64,000 bases of DNA from Bacteroidales bacterium (GTDB taxonomy: Bacteria > Bacteroidota > Bacteroidia > Bacteroidales > JAAUTT01), in the NCBI GenBank assembly GCA_025361285.1, contig JANYAP010000022.1, positions 255 to 64,254 on the forward strand, given 5' to 3'. Position numbers and translations under genes: made by a program. Numbering within the stretch: the first letter of the stretch is position 1; the number at the start of each line of letters is the position of its first letter. This document shows positions 17,040-25,881 of the stretch, piece by piece. The notes below the pieces were generated by a model. It saw only the letters and a list, made by a program, of their open reading frames with translations, did no database searches and had not been told where the DNA came from.

Positions 17040-20000
17040 TTATCTGAATATTTTTTGTAAGTATTCGTAATTATAATTATTTGCTTGTAATTTAAGTTGT
17101 TGTGCTAATTCGGTGCTTATCGTCTCAACATTTTTGATAAGCTCAGTTAAAAGATCCATGTCGGCAACTGCCACGGCTTCGGCCATTTGCGAAACAAGTT
17201 CGTTTGGCAATTTTGCTATATCTGTAATAATAGCATTGTCGTCGGTAATATACTTGTTTTGAAGCAAATGTGTTTTTTCTTCGTATATATACTTTATGTC
17301 GAGTATTTTGCCAATTGTACTAAAAAGTTCGCTTTCGCGAAACGGTTTGCGTATATAACCATGCATATTAAGCGTTTCTATTCGTTGCTTTTCTTCCTCG
17401 AAAGTGCTGGCGGTAAGTGCAATTATTGGCGTTTGTTTGCCTTTATCGGTAGCTTTTATGAGTGCAGTAGCCTCGTAACCGTCCATAATTGGCATACGCA
17501 TATCCATTAAAATAAGGTGCGGATTCCATTGCTCGAATTTTTCGATAGCTTCCTGCCCATTCATAGCCTCGGCGGTTTCGAAACCTACTATATTAAGCAG
17601 ACTAACAACTACTTGAAGGTTTTCCTTTTTATCGTCTACCACAAGTATTCGTAATTTAGTTGTATTATTTTCTATACCTATTACTCGGTTCGAGTTATAG
17701 TCTTCTATATCAATCGATTCGCCATTTTGTATTTCAACCACAACAGTAAAAATTGTTCCAACACCTATTTCGCTGGTAACAGTTATGTTTCCGCCCATAA
17801 GTACTGATAGTTCGCGACTTAGAGCCAAGCCCAAACCAGTTCCGCTACCAGCTTTAATGCCGCTTGTTGTTTGTACAAAATGCTTAAATAAATTACCTAT
17901 TTCACTTTCGGGAATACCAGGTCCAGTATCTTGTATATCAAAAATTAGGTGGCTTGTTTCATTGGTATAAATCGCCACTCTTGTTCTAACCGATATGCTT
18001 CCTTCATCGGTAAATTTAACAGCGTTGCCTATAAGGTTAATAAATATTTGACGCAGTTTGCTTTCGTCAACTATTACATAATGAGGCAAATCGGCTGGAA
18101 TTTCGAAATTAAATTGCAGCAGTTTCGATTGTGTACGTTCCTTAAAAATCATCTGTATATCTTTCAAAAAGGTATGCAGGTTTATTGTTGCTGGGTTAAG
18201 CACCACGCGGCCAGCTTCAACTTTCGATAGTTCCAAAATGTCGTTAATAAGCGCTAGTAAATGTTCGCCAGCGTGTATTATCGATGTATTATATTCCTTT
18301 TGCGTATTTGTTAGCATCGGTTCGCGGCTCATTAGTTGCGAAAAACCAATTATTGCGTTAAGTGGCGTACGAATTTCGTGGCTCATGTTTGCCAAAAACA
18401 TGCTTTTCGATTTGTTTGCCAGTTCGGCCTGTGCAGCCATTTGGTTTGCTGTGGCTGTAGCCTCTTCGGCGCTAAATAAGGCCATATCGAGTTCCAAGTT
18501 TTTTACTTCAATTTCCGAAGTGTAATTCATAAGCTTTTCCTCCGAAAGCTTTCGTGCCGTTATATCGCGAATGATGCCAGTAAAAAATTCGCCCGATGAT
18601 GTTTTCCATCGTGCCAACGATAATTCCACTGGAAAAGTATTTCCGAATTTATTAAGTCCTTCCAACTCAACCGTTGCGCCAATTACATGTTGCTCACCGC
18701 CTTGTTCAATGCGATTAATGCCGTTGTTGTGAAGTTCGGCATAGCTTTTTGGCATTATTAGCGATAGTTCTTTCCCGTAAATTTCATCCTCAGTATAACC
18801 AAATATTTTCTCGGCACCTCGGTTCCAGCCCATTACCAGGCCTTTACTATTTGCAGTAATTATGGCATCGTTGGCCGATTGCGCAATAGCTCGAAGTTGT
18901 TCCTCGCTTACGCGCAAAGCCTCTTCGGCATGTTTTCGTTCGGTAATATCGAGAAAAATGGTAGCAAATTTTCCGTGTTCGGGCGAGTAGGCGCTTACTT
19001 GATAGTGTTTGTTAAGCTCGCAGCTAAAATTCTCGAAATTTATAGGTATGCCAGTTAAAGCCACGCGCCCGTATGTTTCAATCCAATATGGTTCGGTATT
19101 TGGTAGTACTTCCATATTTGTTTTACCTATTAAATCAACAGATTTTAAGCCAGTTAGTTCTTCGAAAGCAGGGTTTATTTCCAGAAAGCGGTAATCGCAT
19201 GGTTTTTCGTTATTGTCGAGTATTATTTCGTGCAAAGCAAAGCCAGTTGTTAGGTTATGAAATAGTTGGCGGTATTTGGTTTCGCTTTCGCGGATTAACT
19301 GCTCGGTTAGTTTGCGCTCGGTTATGTCCTGAAAAGCCCCAAATAGCTTTACAACTGTTCCGTTTTTATCCTTTTCTGGAAACATCGACCCATTGAAAAA
19401 TGGTTGACGACCGCTATTTAAATTTACCTGAAATTCGTAATTCTTTATGGGTTCGCCAGTTTCTATAACTTTCTGTGCATAAGCTTTTAATAACTTTCTA
19501 TCGTTATGCGAATAATATTTGTCTTCTTCTTCGGGCGTTGGTGGTCCTAGTTTTGGGTCGCGCTCAAAAAGTTTGTAAATTTGGTACGACCATATCAGGG
19601 TGTTGTTCGCCAAATCGTACTCCCAATTACCAATTTTGCCTATATCTTCGGCGCGGTTAAGCCGGTCCTCGCTGTCGCGAAGCTCTTCCTCGGCACGTTT
19701 ACGTTCGGTAATGTCCTCTTTAAGAGCCATAATATGGGTAATTGTTCCATCTGTGTCCTTAACTGGTGAAATTACAGCCGATTCCCAATAATACTCACCA
19801 TTTTTTTTCTTGTTTTGAAATTCGCCATGCCAATTTTCCCCTGAGAGTATTGTTTTCCATAGTTCATTGTAATACTGCTTATTATGTAAATCGGTTTTTA
19901 GTATTTTAGGGTTTTGCCCTATTGCTTCGTCGAAGGTATATCCGGTAGTTTCTATAAACTTGGGGTTTACAAATTCGATATTGCCTTGTATATCGGTAAT

Positions 20001-21095
20001 TACCGTGGTTATTGGGCTTTGATCGATTGCCATGGATAATGTGCGCAGTTTTTCATTTGCTTTCCGCAAATCGTCTTCCGCCAGTTTTCGTTCTGTAATA
20101 TCGTGGTAATTAATTAATATTCCGTTTATTATATGGTCGTTTGCTAAATTTGTGGCGGTTAGTTCAATAGGTTTGTATGTTCCGTTTTTACATTTATATT
20201 GTAACTCCATGGTTTTTACCGAGTTTTCTTGCTCGAGAAGTGTGTAAAATATTTTTTGCGCTTTCTCCAAATCGGTAGGGTGAATATTAGCAAAGGCATC
20301 GGTACCTATTAGCTCGTGCGACGACCAGCCAAACCATTTTTCGATATTAGAACTTTTGTACTTCATTAACCCGTCAACGCCAATTATGCCTATAACATCC
20401 GAAATGTTAGAAATCATGGCAGTATGTCTATTATCGCTAACACGCAGTTTATTAGTTATTTTGCTGCGATCGAGAAACATGCCTACCTGATTGGCGTATA
20501 AATTTACATATCTTGTGTTTAAAAGTGTTTCGCCTTTATTGAACATAAGTGTAAAATCGCCTAGCACTTTATTATCCTTTGCAATTTTTATCACAAACAC
20601 TTCGCCTAAGCCAAATGTTTTTTCGATTATTAAAACTGCGTTTTTCGACACCACTTTGCTTGTAAGCTCGTGTAAACTATTAAATTGCGTTATGGTGTTC
20701 AGTTTGGTTTTTTCGGCGCGTATAGGGTCGTGTTTCCAGTGCTTGTTAATAATATCGAACCCAAGTATCGACAATGCTTTAGTAATGTTTTCCTTAATGC
20801 CCAAAATTGCAACGGTGGTAAAATCGAGACCATTATCTTCGAAAATATTGAGCGATGCATACTTTGCACACGAAATAGTTATTATGGTTTTCAGTAAGCT
20901 ATTGTAATCGGGCGTGTGGTTGGTAAACTGAATAAATTTCTCCGACGCGCCAATTAGCTCGGTTAACGCAAGTTTTTCGCTTTCGTTGTCGGCTAGTTCT
21001 TTGGCAATTGCGCTGTTTAATGCGTTGTACCTTTGTTGCAATGTTTGCAATTGGGCAATAAGTTCGCTTTTTGACTGAGTATTTTTCATATTCAT
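17040..21095 (-). CDS. hybrid sensor histidine kinase with multiple PAS domains and a C-terminal receiver
   Basis: About 1350 aa with at least 4 PAS/PAC-like repeats (recurrent DITERK), an H-box (MSHEIRTPLNAIIG), HATPase boxes (NAVKFT, DTGPGI, GTGLGLA) and a REC domain (ILVVDDKKEN...LILMDMRMPIMDGYE). The tracked start at 21098 is TTG; the first ATG is at 21095. Confidence 0.9.
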   Translation of the reverse strand: MNMKNTQSKSELIAQLQTLQQRYNALNSAIAKELADNESEKLALTELIGASEKFIQFTNHTPDYNSLLKTIITISCAKYASLNIFEDNGLDFTTVAILGIKENITKALSILGFDIINKHWKHDPIRAEKTKLNTITQFNSLHELTSKVVSKNAVLIIEKTFGLGEVFVIKIAKDNKVLGDFTLMFNKGETLLNTRYVNLYANQVGMFLDRSKITNKLRVSDNRHTAMISNISDVIGIIGVDGLMKYKSSNIEKWFGWSSHELIGTDAFANIHPTDLEKAQKIFYTLLEQENSVKTMELQYKCKNGTYKPIELTATNLANDHIINGILINYHDITERKLAEDDLRKANEKLRTLSMAIDQSPITTVITDIQGNIEFVNPKFIETTGYTFDEAIGQNPKILKTDLHNKQYYNELWKTILSGENWHGEFQNKKKNGEYYWESAVISPVKDTDGTITHIMALKEDITERKRAEEELRDSEDRLNRAEDIGKIGNWEYDLANNTLIWSYQIYKLFERDPKLGPPTPEEEDKYYSHNDRKLLKAYAQKVIETGEPIKNYEFQVNLNSGRQPFFNGSMFPEKDKNGTVVKLFGAFQDITERKLTEQLIRESETKYRQLFHNLTTGFALHEIILDNNEKPCDYRFLEINPAFEELTGLKSVDLIGKTNMEVLPNTEPYWIETYGRVALTGIPINFENFSCELNKHYQVSAYSPEHGKFATIFLDITERKHAEEALRVSEEQLRAIAQSANDAIITANSKGLVMGWNRGAEKIFGYTEDEIYGKELSLIMPKSYAELHNNGINRIEQGGEQHVIGATVELEGLNKFGNTFPVELSLARWKTSSGEFFTGIIRDITARKLSEEKLMNYTSEIEVKNLELDMALFSAEEATATANQMAAQAELANKSKSMFLANMSHEIRTPLNAIIGFSQLMSREPMLTNTQKEYNTSIIHAGEHLLALINDILELSKVEAGRVVLNPATINLHTFLKDIQMIFKERTQSKLLQFNFEIPADLPHYVIVDESKLRQIFINLIGNAVKFTDEGSISVRTRVAIYTNETSHLIFDIQDTGPGIPESEIGNLFKHFVQTTSGIKAGSGTGLGLALSRELSVLMGGNITVTSEIGVGTIFTVVVEIQNGESIDIEDYNSNRVIGIENNTTKLRILVVDDKKENLQVVVSLLNIVGFETAEAMNGQEAIEKFEQWNPHLILMDMRMPIMDGYEATALIKATDKGKQTPIIALTASTFEEEKQRIETLNMHGYIRKPFRESELFSTIGKILDIKYIYEEKTHLLQNKYITDDNAIITDIAKLPNELVSQMAEAVAVADMDLLTELIKNVETISTELAQQLKLQANNYNYEYLQKIFR

Positions 21096-21162
21096 CAATA
21101 TCAGAAACCAGATTTTTAAATACTCAAGTTAGCGAAAAAATATTAGTTAGCGAAAATAAAAA

Positions 21163-21189
21163 TGATTTTGATGATTTTGATGATTTTGG
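21163..21189. repeat. 3 x 9-bp tandem repeat TGATTTTGA
   Basis: Read directly. It is preceded by a 12-mer direct repeat, AGTTAGCGAAAA, at 21127 and 21145. Confidence 0.8.
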
Positions 21190-21224
21190 GTTATTCCATA
21201 AAGACGTGTAATTGCGTAATTGAT

Positions 21225-21304
21225 CCTGACAGGTTTTAGGTAATATGTAGATTGTATGATAATTATAAATTGCCGAGGTTAAATAAAATACAAAACCTGT
21301 CGGG
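21225..21304. repeat. 13-bp inverted repeat (CCTGACAGGTTTT / AAAACCTGTCGGG) with a ~54-nt loop
   Basis: The arms match at 12 of 13 positions. The repeat lies directly downstream of the permease stop at 21308. The ATCC(T/C)GAC half-site resembles hairpin B of the palindromic element family. Confidence 0.5.
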
Positions 21305-21307
21305 ATT

Positions 21308-22558
21308 TTACAAATTATTTGATATATAGCGTTTTATAATAAATTTTACAGGATACCATGCGGCTAGAAAACCAATTATTAAAACTGTTATTAGAACTAA
21401 AAACACATCAACAAGCTTAATATTAACCGGATATGCGCTTATAATGAACGATCCGCTGCTCGGAAACTGCACAAAACCGTATTTTATTTGCAATGCGCAA
21501 ATTATAAGGCCTAGGCTAAGCCCTAGGAATGCTCCAAAAAACGAAATCATAATTCCTTCGAATAAAAAAACTTTTCTAATTAACTTGCTATCAGCACCTA
21601 TGCTGTGTAATGTGGCAATGTCTTTTTTCTTCTCGATAATAAGCATCGATAGCGACCCTACTATATTGAACGAAGCTATGGCTAGTATGAAGCTCAAAAT
21701 CATGAATATAGCCCATTTTTCGTATTTCATTATCCTGTAAAACAGTTCTTTTTGCTGATATCGGTTTTTTACATCGAATTGTGGTCCAAATAGTTGTTGT
21801 ACTTCTTTTTGTACTTGGGCTATTTCGGCATTTTCATCGGCTTTAATTTCTATAGATGTGATGGACAGCGTATCTTCGAGCAGTTCCTGAGCGAATGAAA
21901 TGGGCACAAGCACGTATTTTGTATCGTAATCCTGAAGTACATTAAATATGCCCGACGGGTATATATATTTCTGATTGAATGCATTTTCGGGATTCATTGA
22001 AATAGTTGCCGATTTGCGCGGAACGTAAATGGTTAGCGGCGTTATAAATTTGAGACCTACCTGAAGGTAATATGCAATACCTTGACCAACAATTGCATAC
22101 CGTTCGCCTTCGTTTTCGAGTAAAAACTTACCTTCAATAATGCTCGAATCCATGTTGTTGATAGCGTAGTAGTTACTGTCAACGCCTTTAATGGTAGCTA
22201 TATATTGCTTTTCGCCATATTTTAGTAAAGCATTTTCCTCAACTATCTTGCTAAATACTACAACGCCTTTAATTTCAGACAATTGCCTTAGCTTTTCATA
22301 ATCAGTTTGAAACGATTTTCCCTCAACAATAGTTATTTTTAAATCGGGATCGAAAGTGTTGAAAAGTGTTTGAATTAACCCGTCGAACCCGTTAAAAACC
22401 GATAGCACAATTATAAGTGCCATAGTACCAATTGTAACACCAGCAAGCGATATAGCCGATATTATGTTTATGGCATTATGCGACTTTTTAGCAAATAGAT
22501 ACCGTTTAGCTATGTAAAGTGGAAAGTTCAATGTTTTTATAATAGTATTTAGTACCAA
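21308..22558 (-). CDS. FtsX-family ABC transporter permease (LolC/LolE-like)
   Basis: 416 aa with an N-terminal IAKRYLFAKKS motif, a large periplasmic loop and a C-terminal 3-TM FtsX domain. The tracked TTG start lies inside a word repeat, so the in-frame TTG at 22531 (MNFPLYIAKRYL) is more likely. Confidence 0.85.
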   Translation of the reverse strand: MVLNTIIKTLNFPLYIAKRYLFAKKSHNAINIISAISLAGVTIGTMALIIVLSVFNGFDGLIQTLFNTFDPDLKITIVEGKSFQTDYEKLRQLSEIKGVVVFSKIVEENALLKYGEKQYIATIKGVDSNYYAINNMDSSIIEGKFLLENEGERYAIVGQGIAYYLQVGLKFITPLTIYVPRKSATISMNPENAFNQKYIYPSGIFNVLQDYDTKYVLVPISFAQELLEDTLSITSIEIKADENAEIAQVQKEVQQLFGPQFDVKNRYQQKELFYRIMKYEKWAIFMILSFILAIASFNIVGSLSMLIIEKKKDIATLHSIGADSKLIRKVFLFEGIMISFFGAFLGLSLGLIICALQIKYGFVQFPSSGSFIISAYPVNIKLVDVFLVLITVLIIGFLAAWYPVKFIIKRYISNNL

Positions 22559-22640
22559 GTACTTAGTAAATGGAACTTAGAAAATGGGTTTATAGATATT
22601 ACTAAGTACTAAGTACTCGGTACTCTGTACTCATTACTCT
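22546..22640. repeat. AGTAC-word low-complexity array
   Basis: Reads ...agtaccaagtacttagta...actaagtactaagtactcggtactctgtactcattactc. It shares the 13-mer AGTACCAAGTACT with 62569-62581. Confidence 0.7.
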
Positions 22641-23446
22641 TTCCAAGCCTTTACTATCAGTCCTGTTCCCGATTTGTGGGTCATTTTAACGTCTATATAG
22701 TTTAAAATAAGCGCAAAAGGGAAAGTTACTAAGAAGTAAAACGGAAGAATAAGCAGAAATAATTTGCTTTTATTAACCATTAATATTGGATATTTCATAG
22801 ATAGCTTCCACGAAATTTTTCCTGGGCAACCATACGAATACATTGTTTCGACCTTCGAAAAGCCCGAATTCGATAATTTTTCTTCAATATCGTTTGGGTT
22901 GTAACCTTCGCGAACGTGCTCTTCGATAAACGAGCTTTCCTCGTGGTCGTGTACGTCCGATCCGCCTTGATCCGAAGGTGTAGAAACCAACAGTATGCCG
23001 CCATTTTTTAGCGATGCGTGAAAGTTCTTAAATACCGCAACATCGTCCAATATATGCTCCATTACGTCAACCGACAGTATCATATCGTATTTATTGGGCT
23101 CGCAAAATTTGGTAAGGTCGGCTTCCTCGAATACAACCTGCTTAGCTTTACCGAGTTGAGTAAAAAAACGGTTGCAATCGGCTATCTGTTCGGCTTTTAC
23201 ATCAACACCTTTAATTTTCCATGTTGGCGACTGAGTTGACAGATAATGAACGTATTGCCCAAAGCCTGAACCAGCATCGAGTATTTCCACATTATCCGAA
23301 AAGGAACTTCGCATTTTTTTTACTTCGCGTTTTATATGCCATGTGCGTAAAAGCAACAAATTTAACATTTTGTAGAATATTACACGAAGGGTAGGAGTGG
23401 AGTTGAAAATTGTGCCTAGGGTGCGTTTAATTGGATCGTATTGCAT
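22634..23446 (-). CDS. class I SAM-dependent methyltransferase with a C-terminal membrane segment
   Basis: 270 aa with SAM motif I (ILDAGSGFGQY) and a D/E-containing motif II (FEEADL). Confidence 0.8.
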   Translation of the reverse strand: MQYDPIKRTLGTIFNSTPTLRVIFYKMLNLLLLRTWHIKREVKKMRSSFSDNVEILDAGSGFGQYVHYLSTQSPTWKIKGVDVKAEQIADCNRFFTQLGKAKQVVFEEADLTKFCEPNKYDMILSVDVMEHILDDVAVFKNFHASLKNGGILLVSTPSDQGGSDVHDHEESSFIEEHVREGYNPNDIEEKLSNSGFSKVETMYSYGCPGKISWKLSMKYPILMVNKSKLFLLILPFYFLVTFPFALILNYIDVKMTHKSGTGLIVKAWKE

Positions 23447-23457
23447 GAAAAAAGATA

Positions 23458-23484
23458 TTAGTCGTAAGTATTTAGTCGTAAGAC
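23458..23484. repeat. TTAGTCGTAAG direct repeat (AAGTCGTAAG word family)
   Basis: Two 11-mers lie 14 bp apart. The 11-mer AGTCGTAAGAC is identical at 36883-36893. Confidence 0.7.
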
Positions 23485-23494
23485 AATAGTGAAA

Positions 23495-23833
23495 TTATTT
23501 TTTTAGAAGTTCTTCAATTCTGTCGGCATAGTCCAAGCTATCGTCTATTACAAACGAAATTTCGGGAATTATTCGAAGCTGATTTTTAACGCGTTGCGCC
23601 AACAATGTTCGCACTGTTTTTGTAAATTGCTGAAGATGTACAAGATATTCGTCAACTTTTTCCGAAGGGAATATACTTAAAAACACCTTCGCGAAACTTA
23701 AATCGGGGCTAACCCTTACCACTGTTACTGTTACAAGTCTTCCTTGCAAAATATCTTTGTTCAGACGCTGAAAAATATCTCCTATATCCTTCTGTATTAA
23801 GCGAGCTACTTTGCTCTGTCGGGTCGATTCCAT
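23495..23833 (-). CDS. rbfA: ribosome-binding factor A
   Basis: 112 aa with an RQSKVARLIQKDIGDIF N-terminus and the overall RbfA pattern. Confidence 0.9.
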   Translation of the reverse strand: MESTRQSKVARLIQKDIGDIFQRLNKDILQGRLVTVTVVRVSPDLSFAKVFLSIFPSEKVDEYLVHLQQFTKTVRTLLAQRVKNQLRIIPEISFVIDDSLDYADRIEELLKK

Positions 23834-23989
23834 TGTCTATTATGTATTTGTGCGAAATAATTTTCGGCAAAACTCTATTTATTAAAAATTACGAAGATAT
23901 TAATAGTAATGTGAGCCACCAAAAGTAATGTTAAACAAATAACATTCCGCGATGTTTTAATATGCGAATCAATCTAATACAAAAAAATC

Positions 23990-24346
23990 ATGAAAAAAAA
24001 TTATTTAATTATAGTAGTAGCTTTTATAGCTTTGGTTTCGGGAATATTTGGTTGTAGTAAATCGAGCGTTAACATTGTCGCTCCAGCTAACGACACTGCT
24101 GTAGTTAATGTGTTAATGCAAGCTTCAACATTTACGCCTTCCAACCTTAATGTGGCTGTTAATACAACAGTTAAGTGGACTAATAAAGATGCGTATTTGC
24201 ATACAGTAACAAGCGATTCTGTTATGTTCGACAGTGGCAATATGGCCCAAAATGCGGTTTTCACTCATAAATTTACCAACAAAGGAAGCTTTAAATATCA
24301 CTGCTCTAAACACACGCATATGACGGGTACAGTTGTGGTTGAGTAA
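23990..24346 (+). CDS. secreted cupredoxin (plastocyanin/azurin-like blue copper protein)
   Basis: 118 aa with a signal peptide and lipobox-like GCS. The type-1 Cu ligand pattern is H (LHTVTSD) plus C-x2-H-x2-M (YHCSKHTHMTG). Confidence 0.8.
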   Translation: MKKNYLIIVVAFIALVSGIFGCSKSSVNIVAPANDTAVVNVLMQASTFTPSNLNVAVNTTVKWTNKDAYLHTVTSDSVMFDSGNMAQNAVFTHKFTNKGSFKYHCSKHTHMTGTVVVE

Positions 24347-24408
24347 TAAAACAGTTGATATTTTATTTATATTCGACCGTAATTAACAATTTTTTAAGTA
24401 ACATTTTA

Positions 24409-24416
24409 TAGTTTTG
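24409..24416 (+). promoter_or_regulatory. -7 box TAGTTTTG (followed by CA) upstream of the trpS repeat leader
   Basis: This is the only full TAnnTTTG match between 24347 and the trpS ATG. Confidence 0.4.
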
Positions 24417-24453
24417 CACTTCTTATAACAGGAAAATTCTGGTCAATAGAGTT

Positions 24454-24660
24454 CTACAACCTTTACAACCTTTACAACCTCTACAACCTTTACAACCTCT
24501 ACAACCTCTACAACCTCTACAACCTTTACAACCTCTACAACCTCTACAACCTTTACAACCTCTACAACCTCTACAACCTCTACAACCTTTGCAACCTCTA
24601 CAACCTTTACAACCTCTACAACCTTTACAACCTCTACAACCTCTACAACCTTTACAAACT
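24454..24660 (+). repeat. 23 x 9-bp perfect-phase tandem repeat YTACAACCT
   Basis: There are 14 CTACAACCT units and 9 TTACAACCT-type units (variants TTGCAACCT at 24589 and TTACAAACT at 24652). The array has one G in 207 nt and ends on the base before the trpS ATG. Confidence 0.97.
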
Positions 24661-25650
24661 ATGGAAATCGTTCTTAGCGGCATTAGGCCTACGGGCAACC
24701 TGCACATGGGTAATTACTTTGGTGCATTGCAAAATTTTGTTAAAATGCAACATCAATATAAATGCTACTTTTTTATCGCCGATTTGCATTCGCTTACCAC
24801 GCACCCTACACCAGCCGACTTGCATGGCAATGTTCGTACAGTGTTAGCCGAATATTTGGCATGCGGTCTCGATCCAGAAGCAGCTACTATTTTTGTGCAG
24901 AGCGACGTTCCTGAAATTTCGGAATTATACCTTCTGCTCAACATGAATGCGTATATTGGTGAACTTGAGCGAACTACCACTTTTAAAGATAAGGTACGCG
25001 CTCAACCCGATAACGTAAATGCTGGATTGCTTACATATCCTGTTCTGCAAGCGGCTGATATATTGATACATAAAGCAACGAAAGTCCCCGTAGGGAAAGA
25101 TCAAAAGCCACATCTGGAAATTACAGCTAAATACGCACGCCGGTTTAATCAGTTATATAAAGTTGATTATTTTCCTGAGCCTGAGGCATTTAATTTTGGT
25201 GAAAGCTTAATAAAAGTGCCAGGCCTCGATGGATCGGGTAAAATGGGAAAATCGGAAGGTAACGGTATTTTTTTGGCCGACGATCCTAAGGTTATCCGTA
25301 AGAAAGTTATGTCGGCAGTTACCGATGCTGGTCCCACGGTGTCGAACCAAGATATGACCGACGCCGTAAAAAATTTGTTTACGATTATGGATATTGTGTC
25401 GGCGCCTGATACAGTGCTGCACTTTCGTGAAAAATACAATACCTGCGAAATACGCTATGGCGACATGAAAAAACAGCTTGCCGAGGATATTGTAACATAC
25501 TTAACACCAATACGCGAGAAAATAAACGATATTTATAACAATAACGCTTATTTGCGCAAGGTAGTAGGTATCGGTACCGAAAAGGCTCGCGAAAGCGCTT
25601 CGAAAACTTTACGCGAAGTACGCGAAATTATTGGCTTTAGAGCTTTTTAG
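24661..25650 (+). CDS. trpS: tryptophan--tRNA ligase
   Basis: 329 aa from MEIVLSGIRPTGNLHMGNYFG (HIGH-type HMGN) with KMGKS (KMSKS-type). The tracked 24589 start is a TTG inside the repeat array. Confidence 0.95.
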   Translation: MEIVLSGIRPTGNLHMGNYFGALQNFVKMQHQYKCYFFIADLHSLTTHPTPADLHGNVRTVLAEYLACGLDPEAATIFVQSDVPEISELYLLLNMNAYIGELERTTTFKDKVRAQPDNVNAGLLTYPVLQAADILIHKATKVPVGKDQKPHLEITAKYARRFNQLYKVDYFPEPEAFNFGESLIKVPGLDGSGKMGKSEGNGIFLADDPKVIRKKVMSAVTDAGPTVSNQDMTDAVKNLFTIMDIVSAPDTVLHFREKYNTCEIRYGDMKKQLAEDIVTYLTPIREKINDIYNNNAYLRKVVGIGTEKARESASKTLREVREIIGFRAF

Positions 25651-25881
25651 GAATAGTTGGCTTCGGCGCGGCTATACCTAGCAAACCGCATTATAGACAT
25701 CCGTGCGTAAGTTGGTGTGAGAGGCGCACCAGTAATTATATCGCTACCAGCCGTCTACTCGGTTAGCAGTTTTTTTATTGGTTCTATATAAAAAAAATGG
25801 CATTTGCTATGGTTTTGCACAACATGGAGGCACATAACCATCCCAACAGATATAATAATGAGTCCAAGGAAATGATCATTT

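Noticed and set aside
24454-24660. CRISPR array
   Set aside because: The period is 9 bp with no spacers, and there are no cas genes in the window. It is a microsatellite-type tandem repeat.
24347-24660. T-box or Trp-codon attenuator controlling trpS
   Set aside because: There is no specifier-loop/T-box sequence (the region has almost no G). There is no leader peptide with Trp codons and no terminator/antiterminator alternative.
24423-24707. 94-aa minus-strand ORF (CRGCKGCRGC...) and the 24-aa (QPL)7 N-terminal extension of TrpS from the TTG at 24589
   Set aside because: Both are translations of the 9-bp tandem array. The TTG start exists only because of the single variant unit. Canonical TrpS N-termini begin at the MEIVLSGIRPTG motif (ATG at 24661).
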